A stretch of DNA of 64,000 nt from Escherichia coli (GTDB lineage: Bacteria > Pseudomonadota > Gammaproteobacteria > Enterobacterales > Enterobacteriaceae). This document shows, piece by piece, positions 9,189-18,490 of this stretch (position 1 is its first letter; every line of letters starts with the position of its first letter). The stretch lies in assembly GCA_902500125.1 (NCBI GenBank), contig GCA_902500125.1_4132.1, one strand, 5' to 3'. A model generated the notes under the pieces. That model was not told where the DNA came from. It did no database searches and was given only the letters and a program-made list of their open reading frames with translations. Made by a program: the position numbers and the translations under genes.

Positions 9189-9830
9189 ATGACTAAGCAA
9201 GACATATTCAAAACTTTAATTGACATTTTGCGTCCATCAAAAACTCGTTGTGCGATGGAGTTTGATATTCCTTATGCTGAACGCGTAATCTTTCCACAAG
9301 TTAAAGCTGCTGGACTTACTTTGCTTGGAATGGGGATGTACTCTGTAGTAGTTGAACATAAAAACTATCCTGGACGTGCATTTAAAGTAACCACTTCACG
9401 CTGGGATGGTTTTCGTGCTTATGCAAAGTACTGCATTGAAAACGCAGGAACCAAGTTTCTTCCAGTGATCTACAGTGCCAACGAACAAGGAAACTTTGGA
9501 TGGTATGAGATGGACAAGTACTATCCTATAATTAAACAAAAAAATAATTATGATGACTTTGTTAGTACTAAAATTGGAGATTTATATTCTTATGCACATG
9601 CTGGTCAGTACGCTACTTCAGTGAATGATATGCGTGGAAATTCTGAAGAGATTGCTATTGCAACGGTCGCTGCTAACATCATGAAAGAGTTTCACGGGCG
9701 TTTTGTACCAGACATTCATTCAAGTAATGTGATGATGGATAAAGATGGCAATGTATTCATTACTGATCCTCTTTCGTGTGATGTACGTAGAGAAATACCA
9801 GTTACTGAAGAAGATCCAGTTTTTTATTGA
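9189..9830 (+). CDS. protein kinase-like fold protein (213 aa)
   Basis: ORF 9156 trimmed to ATG 9189 (GAGGA); G-loop-like LLGMGMYSVV, RAFKV lysine, catalytic-loop-like DIHSSNVMM, then ITDP. Confidence 0.55.
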   Translation: MTKQDIFKTLIDILRPSKTRCAMEFDIPYAERVIFPQVKAAGLTLLGMGMYSVVVEHKNYPGRAFKVTTSRWDGFRAYAKYCIENAGTKFLPVIYSANEQGNFGWYEMDKYYPIIKQKNNYDDFVSTKIGDLYSYAHAGQYATSVNDMRGNSEEIAIATVAANIMKEFHGRFVPDIHSSNVMMDKDGNVFITDPLSCDVRREIPVTEEDPVFY

Positions 9831-9891
9831 CAGAACTGATGTTCTGGTGTATTCTTAATAAACCATAAAAATTGCGGTAAAGGATAAAATC

Positions 9892-10173
9892 ATGCGTTCA
9901 TTTGAAAACTTAATAGGTAAGCATCTTTTATCTGAAATTGATGCAGACGTTAAAGAATTATCCAAATCAAAAAGTTACATTCATTTGGATGAACTGTTTA
10001 TTAAGTACGGTGAGATTGGTTTTAAGTCATTATTTGTTTTTACTATGAAAGTACATAGTTTAAAGTACTTCGATTTGAGTTCTAAAGATGGTGAACCGAA
10101 TCTATATTACATGTATTACCTTAAGAACAAAGATGAAGCTAATACATTACTCTCTGAATATATATTGGGGTAA
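9892..10173 (+). CDS. hypothetical protein (93 aa)
   Basis: ORF track; AAGGA upstream. Confidence 0.6.
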   Translation: MRSFENLIGKHLLSEIDADVKELSKSKSYIHLDELFIKYGEIGFKSLFVFTMKVHSLKYFDLSSKDGEPNLYYMYYLKNKDEANTLLSEYILG

Positions 10174-10175
10174 AA

Positions 10176-10514
10176 ATGGAACAATATTTTGAATTAATAA
10201 ACAAAGTATCATTTTATGTAGTATCTTTGGTTTGGGTGTATTATATGTTTTGCTATATTATTGCATTCTTCCGATATACTACTTTATATGAACGTATCTA
10301 CTATGATGCCCCAATTTCATTCTTGATGTTTTGTGCATGTACGTGGGGAATATTAGAAGTACTGATATGTGGGTATAGTACTGATGAATTAAATCTGGTA
10401 TCGGTGTTGACTGGGTTTTCATTTGTTGTTATGATAGCTGCCGTTCCAGTATGGTTGTTCTTTGGACTAGTTCATCGCATTGATATATGGCGTTCTAATA
10501 TCCCTGAAAAGTAA
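10176..10514 (+). CDS. multi-TM family protein (112 aa)
   Basis: 3-4 hydrophobic segments; C-terminal tail RSNIPEK shared by the family. Confidence 0.65.
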   Translation: MEQYFELINKVSFYVVSLVWVYYMFCYIIAFFRYTTLYERIYYDAPISFLMFCACTWGILEVLICGYSTDELNLVSVLTGFSFVVMIAAVPVWLFFGLVHRIDIWRSNIPEK

Positions 10515-10523
10515 GGATTGGAA

Positions 10524-10865
10524 ATGATTTATTACACTAACATGTTTGCCTATGCTGTTGCTTGCATTTACATTGTTTACTTCTTATTCGGTGGAGTACT
10601 GTGCTTCTTTAAGTACAAAACGTTGTTCAACCGAATGTACCCAAATCATCCAATTGTAGTTGTACTTTTGATTCTTTCAGTTTCTCAAATAATCGTTGAA
10701 ACTACAATGGGTATCAGTAGTGTACATTATAGTTTTGGCACTATAGTAATTATTACTATGCTTATTGCATACATTTTAGTACTTGGATATGGTATCTTTG
10801 GTAATATTGGTATGAAAATGTATCATCGAATTAAAACATTACGTGATAATCTACCGGAGCGTTGA
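10524..10865 (+). CDS. multi-TM family protein (113 aa)
   Basis: ORF-track TTG 10518 trimmed to ATG 10524 (AAGGA 6 nt upstream); tail RDNLPER. Confidence 0.65.
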   Translation: MIYYTNMFAYAVACIYIVYFLFGGVLCFFKYKTLFNRMYPNHPIVVVLLILSVSQIIVETTMGISSVHYSFGTIVIITMLIAYILVLGYGIFGNIGMKMYHRIKTLRDNLPER

Positions 10866-10866
10866 T

Positions 10867-11211
10867 ATGTATAATTTGAACCTAATCTCATATATTATAA
10901 CAACACTGTTTACATTCTATGCCTTTGTTGGTATAATCCTACTGTACTTTAAATTTTATAAAGTGTTTAACCGTTTCTATCCTTCAATGGAGAATGAGTT
11001 TTTCTTTGTGTTGTACGTAGGTTACACATTAATGGCTACATGTTTCACTGTAGCCGATGGTGTCATCGGCATTAAAACTGATTCCCCAAATGGTAGTACG
11101 CTGGTTGCATTTATTCTTACTGGATTCCTTGCAACTTATATTGCCTTCATTACAACATGGTCAGTGGTTGAATTTCTCTTGCGACTACGAAAGAATATGC
11201 CGAATCGATAG
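10867..11211 (+). CDS. multi-TM family protein (114 aa)
   Basis: ORF 10843 trimmed to ATG 10867 right after previous stop; tail RKNMPNR. Confidence 0.65.
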   Translation: MYNLNLISYIITTLFTFYAFVGIILLYFKFYKVFNRFYPSMENEFFFVLYVGYTLMATCFTVADGVIGIKTDSPNGSTLVAFILTGFLATYIAFITTWSVVEFLLRLRKNMPNR

Positions 11212-11220
11212 GAGACATAT

Positions 11221-11475
11221 ATGTTTGCGTTGCGTAATAAAAACACTAAAGAATTATTATGTATTGATACCGTATGGGATTGTGCGGGATCAACTACAGT
11301 TCTTGAAGAAGGAACTGGATATTGCGTGTTTGTTGTTCATGATAGGAATGAACTCGAATTATTACTTGCTGAGTTCAATGCTGGTGGTAATCCTAACAGT
11401 ACTGAATACCCTGAGATTATCAATCCAGCACCACCAGGCTCTTATGAAATTCTACAACTGTGGGAGTTGAAGTAA
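11221..11475 (+). CDS. hypothetical protein (84 aa)
   Basis: ORF track; AGGAG upstream. Confidence 0.6.
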   Translation: MFALRNKNTKELLCIDTVWDCAGSTTVLEEGTGYCVFVVHDRNELELLLAEFNAGGNPNSTEYPEIINPAPPGSYEILQLWELK

Positions 11476-11855
11476 TGCGTCAAATGCACAAAGTAACCGA
11501 GCTAAACAAGCGTCTGGTTAAACAATCAATGTTCGAGGATAAAGAGTCTTATTATAACTTTAAACGTGCTGTAGAGGCTGCTATCCACATTCAGAAGCTT
11601 AAAGAACGTGGTTGTATTATTCTGGAAAATGGGTCGGAAGTTGTAACGGATGACTTTAGTGTAGCGTTTGATGTTTCACCTGACGGGACGCTATCAATGC
11701 CCCGCTTAGGAACTGGAAACATGACTGTTTGGGTTGGCTTCACTATGGGGAATGTACCTGGTACTGTGTACGTAGATGATGCGGAATTGAAAGACAGTTT
11801 CAAAAACTTATCTTATCTTGAACCACAATACGCACATGAAATGAATTTATTTTGA
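11475..11855 (+). CDS. hypothetical protein (126 aa)
   Basis: ORF 11460 trimmed to ATG 11475 (TAATG overlap with previous stop). Confidence 0.6.
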   Translation: MRQMHKVTELNKRLVKQSMFEDKESYYNFKRAVEAAIHIQKLKERGCIILENGSEVVTDDFSVAFDVSPDGTLSMPRLGTGNMTVWVGFTMGNVPGTVYVDDAELKDSFKNLSYLEPQYAHEMNLF

Positions 11856-11856
11856 G

Positions 11857-11913
11857 TTGACAAACACATTCAGTACTGTATAATGCTTATCAAGGGGATG
11901 AACTTCTCATCCC
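11857..11913 (+). promoter_or_regulatory. promoter + 5' stem-loop cassette (PeSL-like)
   Basis: TTGACA 11857, TATAAT 11879, hairpin GGGATGA-acttc-TCATCCC 11895-11913, SD GAGGA, ATG 11932. Confidence 0.6.
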
Positions 11914-11931
11914 TACAATCGAGGAACTACC

Positions 11932-12486
11932 ATGATTACTTTTAAGAAAACTGCTAACCACATCCATGAAATCTACATTAACGGTCACAAAGCTGGCCTT
12001 CTTCGTTTACTCGCCCATCATCCTGATGTTACCGTATCTGATAATGAACCTAAAGATTGGCGTGTATTTTTCTTTGGAAAGTACAGTGATTTTCAAGTAT
12101 CAAACCTGAAGAACATTCGTTCAGTATGCACGTTAACTGAAATTAAAGAAAAGTTAGAAAAAGCATTGAAAACTAATCCAGATGGTGTTCTTCCACCTGA
12201 TAACTTTGTAGAGAAAGGTTATGCATTAGCTCATTTCAAAGATGGTACTATTCAATCTATCAGTACTGAATATGAATATCAATGGACTGAGTACTTCACT
12301 TATGGATCGCGTAATACATTGATGGCTTCACGTAGTAAATTGGAAGAAGTACTGACTCGTATGAATGAACGCGAACGTCAATTTTATGACAAACCAGAAA
12401 TGTGGAGTTCAACTTACATTGACCGTATTGACTATGTTATTATGACTCCAATCTTTGACACTGCTTACTATGATTCTTTGAAATAA
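11932..12486 (+). CDS. hypothetical protein (184 aa)
   Basis: ORF track; own promoter/hairpin/SD. Confidence 0.7.
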   Translation: MITFKKTANHIHEIYINGHKAGLLRLLAHHPDVTVSDNEPKDWRVFFFGKYSDFQVSNLKNIRSVCTLTEIKEKLEKALKTNPDGVLPPDNFVEKGYALAHFKDGTIQSISTEYEYQWTEYFTYGSRNTLMASRSKLEEVLTRMNERERQFYDKPEMWSSTYIDRIDYVIMTPIFDTAYYDSLK

Positions 12487-12497
12487 GGATAACTTAT

Positions 12498-12674
12498 ATG
12501 AAACTACGTACTCGTAATCGACTGATGGATGCACTGTACCATGAACAGCTTTCACTGAATGAAGTGAAGCGACAGTTAATGTACACATATCTGTTACCCG
12601 ATCGCATTGCAAAACAACGTGCTAAAGAATTGCTGAAAGAAGCAATCGAGTACTGGGAATCTGATTCGTACTAA
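12498..12674 (+). CDS. hypothetical protein (58 aa)
   Basis: Not in ORF track; ATG 12498 after AAGGA; MKLRTRNRLMDALYHEQ...; fills gap. Confidence 0.45.
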   Translation: MKLRTRNRLMDALYHEQLSLNEVKRQLMYTYLLPDRIAKQRAKELLKEAIEYWESDSY

Positions 12675-12702
12675 TTGTCACGTTAATTAAGTGAGGCGAT
12701 AA

Positions 12703-12954
12703 ATGAAAATTTTATTAGTTCTAATACTACTAATTGTTTTACCATTTACGTTAGTATCCCCTGAACTTGCATGGAATGTGTTTGTGTACTTAGTATGTAC
12801 TATTGTAGTAAATGGTATCTTGTTCTTAGTTCTATTCATAAATGGAATAGGACACGGTGGAGGATGGACCAGTACTGCTGATATTGTACATAAAACCACT
12901 ATGTCTTTATTTGTAATGTGGAATTTATTCTGGACTTGGTTTGTGTTCTTCTAA
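12703..12954 (+). CDS. membrane protein (83 aa)
   Basis: ORF track; GAGG upstream; hydrophobic. Confidence 0.6.
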   Translation: MKILLVLILLIVLPFTLVSPELAWNVFVYLVCTIVVNGILFLVLFINGIGHGGGWTSTADIVHKTTMSLFVMWNLFWTWFVFF

Positions 12955-12962
12955 TTAAAAAT

Positions 12963-13334
12963 ATGAATATAGATTTGAAAGGTGCAACCCGAACTGTCAT
13001 ACTCATTGGGGAATATGCTATCAAGATTCCAACCTTTAAAAGTTGGAAGCTATTCTTAACAGGGATGATAGCTAACCTCAATGAACGTTCGTGGATGCAG
13101 TACTCCAATCGTAGTGATAGTAGTATCTGTCCTACGTTGTGGTCATCATGTACTGGACTAGTAACTGTACAGAAACGTTGTAAGCCAGTGCAACATAGGG
13201 GTTTATTTTGGGTGGAGTTGTGTGCTTTAGCATTGAATTCAGAGTTAAGTACTGACTTCTTCTATTCAGATGCGAAGCCAGAAAACTTTGGGTATCTGTG
13301 TGGTAAGTTGGTTAAACTTGATTATGGAGATTAA
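12963..13334 (+). CDS. minimal protein kinase-like protein (123 aa)
   Basis: ORF 12918 trimmed to ATG 12963; GEYAIKIP (VAIK-like), DAKPENF (DxKPxN catalytic loop), KLDYGD (DFG-like); very short for a kinase. Confidence 0.5.
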   Translation: MNIDLKGATRTVILIGEYAIKIPTFKSWKLFLTGMIANLNERSWMQYSNRSDSSICPTLWSSCTGLVTVQKRCKPVQHRGLFWVELCALALNSELSTDFFYSDAKPENFGYLCGKLVKLDYGD

Positions 13335-13335
13335 T

Positions 13336-13605
13336 ATGTACGCATTGTATAATAAAGAAAAGAAACGATTTGCTAAGGTTGAAATTTCGATTGATACATT
13401 TGACATGTTGGAGTACTGTATTGTAACGGACTTATATGCTAACTTGTATTACGTTCTTGATGACGTATCAGTACTGCAACGATTGCTTGAGAATTCCAAA
13501 AGTCAATGCCAGGACATCCATGATGGTTCATCTTATGAAACACCTGAGTGTCCCCACGGGCAACTCGATGGGTATGAGATTGTTAAGTTGGGAATTGTTG
13601 AGTAA
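13336..13605 (+). CDS. hypothetical protein (89 aa)
   Basis: ORF 13270 trimmed to ATG 13336 (GGAG upstream), 1 nt after previous stop. Confidence 0.55.
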   Translation: MYALYNKEKKRFAKVEISIDTFDMLEYCIVTDLYANLYYVLDDVSVLQRLLENSKSQCQDIHDGSSYETPECPHGQLDGYEIVKLGIVE

Positions 13606-13611
13606 AAGGTA

Positions 13612-13640
13612 TTGACACCGTACTCATTTAACTGTATTAT
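13612..13640 (+). promoter_or_regulatory. sigma70-like promoter
   Basis: TTGACA 13612-13617, 17-nt spacer, TATTAT 13635-13640. Confidence 0.55.
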
Positions 13641-13670
13641 GTATGTACACCAACTAATGAGGAATCGGAA

Positions 13671-14030
13671 ATGGCATCTTTATCTGAAATCACTGAACTG
13701 AATCCACTGGTAATTAGTACTGTTCAACGCACCAAGACGTTTTACTTCCGTCCTGCTGATGGATGGAAACGTGGAATGAATGGTGACTATCGAGTACTGG
13801 AAGATTCGCTCATCGAGCGTATCAACTCTGAACTACAGAAGTATGAAGGTGTTAAAGTTGTCCGTTCAACTTCTCGTTATTTTGAGTACTACATTGAGTC
13901 TTCAACTGTAAATGAAAACTCATCATTCTCGGTGGATAACACTGATATTCTTCGCAATGCAGTTGGTTTGCTATGCAACATTGCAGAAGAAATGGGATTA
14001 ACTATCACCACAATGAGTGAGTTAGAATAG
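13671..14030 (+). CDS. hypothetical protein (119 aa)
   Basis: ORF track; GAGGA upstream. Confidence 0.65.
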   Translation: MASLSEITELNPLVISTVQRTKTFYFRPADGWKRGMNGDYRVLEDSLIERINSELQKYEGVKVVRSTSRYFEYYIESSTVNENSSFSVDNTDILRNAVGLLCNIAEEMGLTITTMSELE

Positions 14031-14040
14031 AATAAAAAAA

Positions 14041-14072
14041 GGGTTGACTTAGGTCGGCCCTTTTGCTATTAT
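14041..14072 (+). terminator. terminator/promoter cassette
   Basis: GGGTTGAC-ttag-GTCGGCCC + TTTT; TTGACT 14044-14049, 17 nt, TATTAT 14067-14072. Confidence 0.6.
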
Positions 14073-14100
14073 ATCTATATCGAAACGAAGGAGACAAACC

Positions 14101-14874
14101 ATGACCCGTCAAGAGAAAGCAATCCAAATCGAAAAAAACTTCAATAGCATGATGGCTGCACTGGAATGCCTTCTTGATACACAAGCTAACTCTATCAACT
14201 CTCTGATCGTATCAGGTAAAGGTGGTGTTGGTAAAACTTATAACGTTGACCAACGGTTGCAGAAAGCTGATGATAACTTTGAAATCGACTACAAGAAAAT
14301 CAGTGGTAAAGTAACTACTTTGGGTCTGTACGAAGCACTGTATCGTTCACGTCATGCCGCATCAGTACTGTTACTTGATGACGTTGATATCTTCTCTGAC
14401 GAGACTAATATTGATTTGCTTAAAGCTGTGTTGGATACGTCAGAGAAGCGTGTAGTTTCTTACGCGACTTCTGCTAAGTACCTGGAACAGCAGGGTATCC
14501 CTAAGCAGTTTGAATTCCGTGGTAAAGTAATCTTTCTGACTAACAAAAACCTGTCACAGATTGCTAAAGGTAAAAGCAGCTTAGCACCACACATCGATGC
14601 ACTGATCACTCGTAGTATCTTTGTTGACCTGCAACTGTTCACCAACGAAGAAGTGATGATTCACATTGAGAACATCATGAACAAAACTAACATCCTTGAA
14701 AACAATGGTGTTAACAAAAATGGTTGTAAAGCAATCCTGAATTGGATGCTGAACAACGAAGAACGTTTGCGTAGTCCATCACTGCGTATGCCAGTACTGA
14801 TCGCTGGTTTGTATAATAAATTCCCATACGATTGGGAATCAATGGCAGAGAATATGTTCCTTGAGAAAATTTAA
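14101..14874 (+). CDS. P-loop NTPase, AAA-type ATPase (257 aa)
   Basis: Walker A SGKGGVGKT; Walker B VLLLDDVD; AGGAG upstream. Confidence 0.8.
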   Translation: MTRQEKAIQIEKNFNSMMAALECLLDTQANSINSLIVSGKGGVGKTYNVDQRLQKADDNFEIDYKKISGKVTTLGLYEALYRSRHAASVLLLDDVDIFSDETNIDLLKAVLDTSEKRVVSYATSAKYLEQQGIPKQFEFRGKVIFLTNKNLSQIAKGKSSLAPHIDALITRSIFVDLQLFTNEEVMIHIENIMNKTNILENNGVNKNGCKAILNWMLNNEERLRSPSLRMPVLIAGLYNKFPYDWESMAENMFLEKI

Positions 14875-14882
14875 TTACATGT

Positions 14883-14911
14883 ATTGACAGTACTACACTA
14901 TGGTAGTACTA
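14883..14911 (+). promoter_or_regulatory. sigma70-like promoter
   Basis: TTGACA 14883-14888, 17 nt, TACTAT 14906-14911. Confidence 0.5.
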
Positions 14912-14941
14912 TAACTTAATATTCACCACCGGAGATACGAT

Positions 14942-15280
14942 ATGCTTGAGTTTTTTAATTCAGATACAATGATTAGTATTACTTTGATTTATCTGTTTGG
15001 TTTTTTCTTTTATCATGCACTGGTTGTAGTACTGTGGTATTTTAAAAAGAAAATTGTTTTTAAACTGTATCCAGTAAGGAATTCATCACTAGTTCTTTAC
15101 ACACTAGTTCAAGGTTTGTTTGCAATTGTTGGTCTTATGGCACACTTAATTTATTGTGCCAATCCTCACTTGAACTCAATCTCACAATATATTGTATTCT
15201 TTGGGTTGTTCATTTGGTTAGTTGTATACTTAATCCATCTCATTATTCATGGTAGAGATAAAATTCGCGGAGACTTCTAA
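14942..15280 (+). CDS. multi-TM family protein (112 aa)
   Basis: Hydrophobic segments; tail RDKIRGDF; first of 7 tandem coupled paralogs. Confidence 0.65.
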   Translation: MLEFFNSDTMISITLIYLFGFFFYHALVVVLWYFKKKIVFKLYPVRNSSLVLYTLVQGLFAIVGLMAHLIYCANPHLNSISQYIVFFGLFIWLVVYLIHLIIHGRDKIRGDF

Positions 15281-15627
15281 TGTTTGAAGCTTATCTTGAG
15301 TTTTTAAGGAGTAGTTCAGTTGCACATTCACTTGCAGGGATTATTCTAACAACTTATGTATCATTTTGGGTAGTTATGTTTCTAGGATGGTATTTTAAAC
15401 GACAATTCTATAAACGTAATGGTGAAGATTTTATGAATTCTGCCATTAATCAATCGTTGTTTGCATCAACATTGATTGCATGTATTGTAGCAACACTCAC
15501 AGGAAAGGTACTACCAGCTTTTTCCGCAGTTTACGGCACACTTGGGATGATATGTTTAACTTTTATATTGACCATTAAAATTTGTTGTGTTATGATTGAA
15601 CTTCGAAATAAGATACCGGAGGAATGA
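15280..15627 (+). CDS. multi-TM family protein (115 aa)
   Basis: TAATG overlap; tail RNKIPEE. Confidence 0.65.
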   Translation: MFEAYLEFLRSSSVAHSLAGIILTTYVSFWVVMFLGWYFKRQFYKRNGEDFMNSAINQSLFASTLIACIVATLTGKVLPAFSAVYGTLGMICLTFILTIKICCVMIELRNKIPEE

Positions 15628-15962
15628 TGGAGTACTTTATTGATTTACTGCCGTGGTATATGAAAGTTAGTACCATGTACTATATTATTAGTGCTGGATT
15701 CTACTTTCTGATGTGGTTCTTTAAACGACCAATTTCAGTATTCATCGCTGATAACATGCTGCAATTAAAATTACACGCATGGTTTGGTATGGCGATGATT
15801 ATGCCTATTATTCACTACTCAATGATTAGTAGAGGTTTCCGTTCTAATGGTGAACCAATTGTATTAGTATTCTATTGGGGTTCAACTATTGCATATGTAA
15901 GTTTGTTGTTGTTCCCAGTCGTTCATAAGTTACGTGCTAAAGTTCCTGATGCGAGGTACTAA
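15624..15962 (+). CDS. multi-TM family protein (112 aa)
   Basis: ATGA overlap; tail RAKVPDARY. Confidence 0.65.
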   Translation: MMEYFIDLLPWYMKVSTMYYIISAGFYFLMWFFKRPISVFIADNMLQLKLHAWFGMAMIMPIIHYSMISRGFRSNGEPIVLVFYWGSTIAYVSLLLFPVVHKLRAKVPDARY

Positions 15963-16276
15963 TGGATATAGTAACATTGATTTACACGTTGTATTCATTC
16001 TATTTCATTATGTGTTGGGTTGGATTTTTATTTGTACTCAAGATGTTTGATTATGTTGAAAAACAGATAAAAGAATTTTGTATTCCTTTTATCGGTTCAA
16101 CCATTATTAGTGTTTCTTGTGTGTATTTTTTGGTTTTTGATCCACCAGATAACACTGCAATGATTGACTTGATGTTACTACCAACAACTGTTACTTTTTT
16201 ATGTAGTCTGATGCCGCCGATTAGCCGTGGACTAACAGAATTTAGACGCAATCAAAAGCGTAAACGAGGGATGTAA
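15962..16276 (+). CDS. multi-TM family protein (104 aa)
   Basis: TAATG overlap; basic tail RRNQKRKRGM. Confidence 0.65.
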   Translation: MDIVTLIYTLYSFYFIMCWVGFLFVLKMFDYVEKQIKEFCIPFIGSTIISVSCVYFLVFDPPDNTAMIDLMLLPTTVTFLCSLMPPISRGLTEFRRNQKRKRGM

Positions 16277-16644
16277 TGGAAATTGCTCTTATTATCTTAA
16301 CTGCTATGCTGTTTATTAGTACTGTGGTTATAATTGGTAAATTCTTTTGTGTATCATTTTTAGAAACGGTATACGATGAAATTGCTGATGATTATGAATT
16401 ACAAGCCGGATTTTTCATTACGTATTGGCTTAGTTTATTTTGTCTAGTCATTGCTTGGATTTTACATATCTTTAAATGGGGTATGGTAGACGGTGATCCT
16501 ATTATGGCAATTATTGTTCTAGTGTTTGGTATCCTTGGTGGTGCAGTGCATAATCTAATGGTTATCTGGCAAACTGTTCAATATGTTTTGGTTCCCTATT
16601 TCGAAAAGATGCACAGTACAATTAAAAAACGTAAACGAGGTTAG
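16276..16644 (+). CDS. multi-TM family protein (122 aa)
   Basis: TAATG overlap; basic tail IKKRKRG. Confidence 0.65.
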   Translation: MEIALIILTAMLFISTVVIIGKFFCVSFLETVYDEIADDYELQAGFFITYWLSLFCLVIAWILHIFKWGMVDGDPIMAIIVLVFGILGGAVHNLMVIWQTVQYVLVPYFEKMHSTIKKRKRG

Positions 16645-16645
16645 T

Positions 16646-17008
16646 ATGAACGGGATAGAATTATCTTTCGTTGGTCAATTACTAGTAATGGCGTATACAT
16701 TTATCTTCTCACTGAATGCATTCGTGTGCATTGGGAAGTACTTCCATAAGCGACCATTATCAAATATATATGATGTAATCCAAAAGAGATATAGTCCAGC
16801 ATATACTGTGTTGGGTACAGTATTCAATTTTGGTTTTATTGTATTAATAATTGGACTGTTCACATCCTCTTTGAATACAATAACCTTCGGTCTTATGATA
16901 TGTTCATTGGTATTAGCCGTAATTATATGTTGTTTAGTACTGCACCTTGTGGTACTATTGTATATAAAGATCTCTGAAATCCACCAACGTTTGGGTATGA
17001 GGAAATAA
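16646..17008 (+). CDS. multi-TM family protein (120 aa)
   Basis: ORF 16583 trimmed to ATG 16646, 1 nt after previous stop; tail HQRLGMRK. Confidence 0.65.
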   Translation: MNGIELSFVGQLLVMAYTFIFSLNAFVCIGKYFHKRPLSNIYDVIQKRYSPAYTVLGTVFNFGFIVLIIGLFTSSLNTITFGLMICSLVLAVIICCLVLHLVVLLYIKISEIHQRLGMRK

Positions 17009-17009
17009 T

Positions 17010-17381
17010 ATGAGTTACCGTGAGATATTTTCCATTATTTCAATTATTATGTTCAGTACTGGAACACTGGTATGGTTATTATACTTCTTCTGTATTAATC
17101 CAGTGTATAATATGTTATGTAATATTAAATCAAGTGCCGGATATATCACTTTTATGGTCTTTATGGGATATTATTGTCTAAGCATTTTAGGTGTTGTTTT
17201 GGTTGTTATATTTGATGTGGGACCAAATAGTGATGGTATGGAAATACATGAATTAATAACCATGTTTGGATGTATGATACCAACAGCACTACTGTTTGTA
17301 GCTACTGGTAGTGGATTGATAAAATTATATAATTATTTAAAATCCATTCATAATTCCATTCATAATAAGCGTATGTCATAA
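17010..17381 (+). CDS. multi-TM family protein (123 aa)
   Basis: 1 nt after previous stop; tail HNSIHNKRMS. Confidence 0.65.
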   Translation: MSYREIFSIISIIMFSTGTLVWLLYFFCINPVYNMLCNIKSSAGYITFMVFMGYYCLSILGVVLVVIFDVGPNSDGMEIHELITMFGCMIPTALLFVATGSGLIKLYNYLKSIHNSIHNKRMS

Positions 17382-17388
17382 TAAAAAA

Positions 17389-17410
17389 TCCAGTACTATT
17401 AAGTACTGGA
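17389..17410 (+). terminator. hairpin built from AGTACT half-sites (weak terminator)
   Basis: TCCAGTACT-atta-AGTACTGGA; A-run before, no T-run after. Confidence 0.35.
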
Positions 17411-17423
17411 TGTATAAGGAGTT

Positions 17424-18086
17424 ATGATGAAATCAAAATTAGGTTTGTTTTATAAAAACTATTTTGTTAAACAACGTAAATTTATAAAAAAATATTTCTC
17501 TGGCGAGAAGTCTAGTCCTATAATCTTTAAAAGACCAAGTTATAATACTTACTTAGCTGGTGCTAAACAGTCTAAGAAATTTATTACTCTTTTACATAAA
17601 AACAAAATTAAAGCTTCTTATGTTGAAACGAGAAGAAACTCATCAATAACTCCTGGTGATTTTATTGAGTACGGATGTTTCAATATTAAGTACAATGATA
17701 ATACATACTTTATGGATATTGATTGTAATACATCCAATCTTTTTAACATTGTAGTAAATCCATTAAAACAATATAATGTTTATGGTGATTCTATTATCAA
17801 ATTAATCAAAAACAAAGATAGCTTTGATTTTGAAATAAATGTTTTAGATGATAATTTTGACGAAGTACCAGTAAACCCTGAAATCTGTGATATTTTAAAC
17901 AGTTTAAAAGGTAGTACCTACACTATATCATCTGATTTAATGTTTCAGTACTCATTAATCCATAAAGATATTGAAAAGTATATTGAATGCTCCAAAATTT
18001 TGAATTATCTTTACGATGAATTTAAAAAGAGTTCTAAAATAACCGCATACACTTTGTACAATATTCCTAAAATGGTGAATCTTTGA
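17424..18086 (+). CDS. family C protein, long form with basic N-terminus (220 aa)
   Basis: AAGGAG upstream; motif SDLMFQYSLIHKD; 3' end overlaps convergent minus-strand ORF by 20 nt. Confidence 0.65.
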   Translation: MMKSKLGLFYKNYFVKQRKFIKKYFSGEKSSPIIFKRPSYNTYLAGAKQSKKFITLLHKNKIKASYVETRRNSSITPGDFIEYGCFNIKYNDNTYFMDIDCNTSNLFNIVVNPLKQYNVYGDSIIKLIKNKDSFDFEINVLDDNFDEVPVNPEICDILNSLKGSTYTISSDLMFQYSLIHKDIEKYIECSKILNYLYDEFKKSSKITAYTLYNIPKMVNL

Positions 18087-18490
18087 CAAATACAGTACTG
18101 GCAACTCCACCGTCTGTAACATATTGTCCAGTACTGTAAATTTGTATACCATCGGTTAAGTAAGTTCTGTATAAAGTTGCTGTAACATATACGTTATTCA
18201 TATTCATCTCTATTGGTAGTACACATTTGGTATAGGCTGAGACATCTGTTTGTGTACCTATACCTAATTGACCTGCGTTATCGCCTGTGTTATAACCAGT
18301 TGCGTAAACACCTAATGAAGTTATAATATGATTAGAAAAATATGAATAACCCAAACTCTTGAGATTCTCTACTGTACAACGTACCATCTGACATAAGGGC
18401 AAAAACTGTTGTATCAGATGAAGCTATTTTTGTTACAGAAGGTTGTATGTTCTGTTTTGATGATGTGATAATTCTTCGAAAGGGTAGCAT
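18067..18490 (-). pseudogene. decayed/frameshifted mini-member of the MLPF-propeller family
   Basis: ATG 18490 after GGAGG gives MLPFRRIITSS...DGTLYS, then stops. ORF 18402..18067 in another frame matches the C-terminus of 26650..27816 (GQLGIGTQTDVS...TDG..YSTG). Total about 140 aa versus 370-410. Confidence 0.55.

Noticed and set aside
11057-11470. A 137-aa ORF overlaps 10867..11211 and 11221..11475 in another frame.
   Set aside because: It straddles two well-packed genes, one of them a member of the TM family. It has no SD and looks like a chance open frame in AT-rich DNA.
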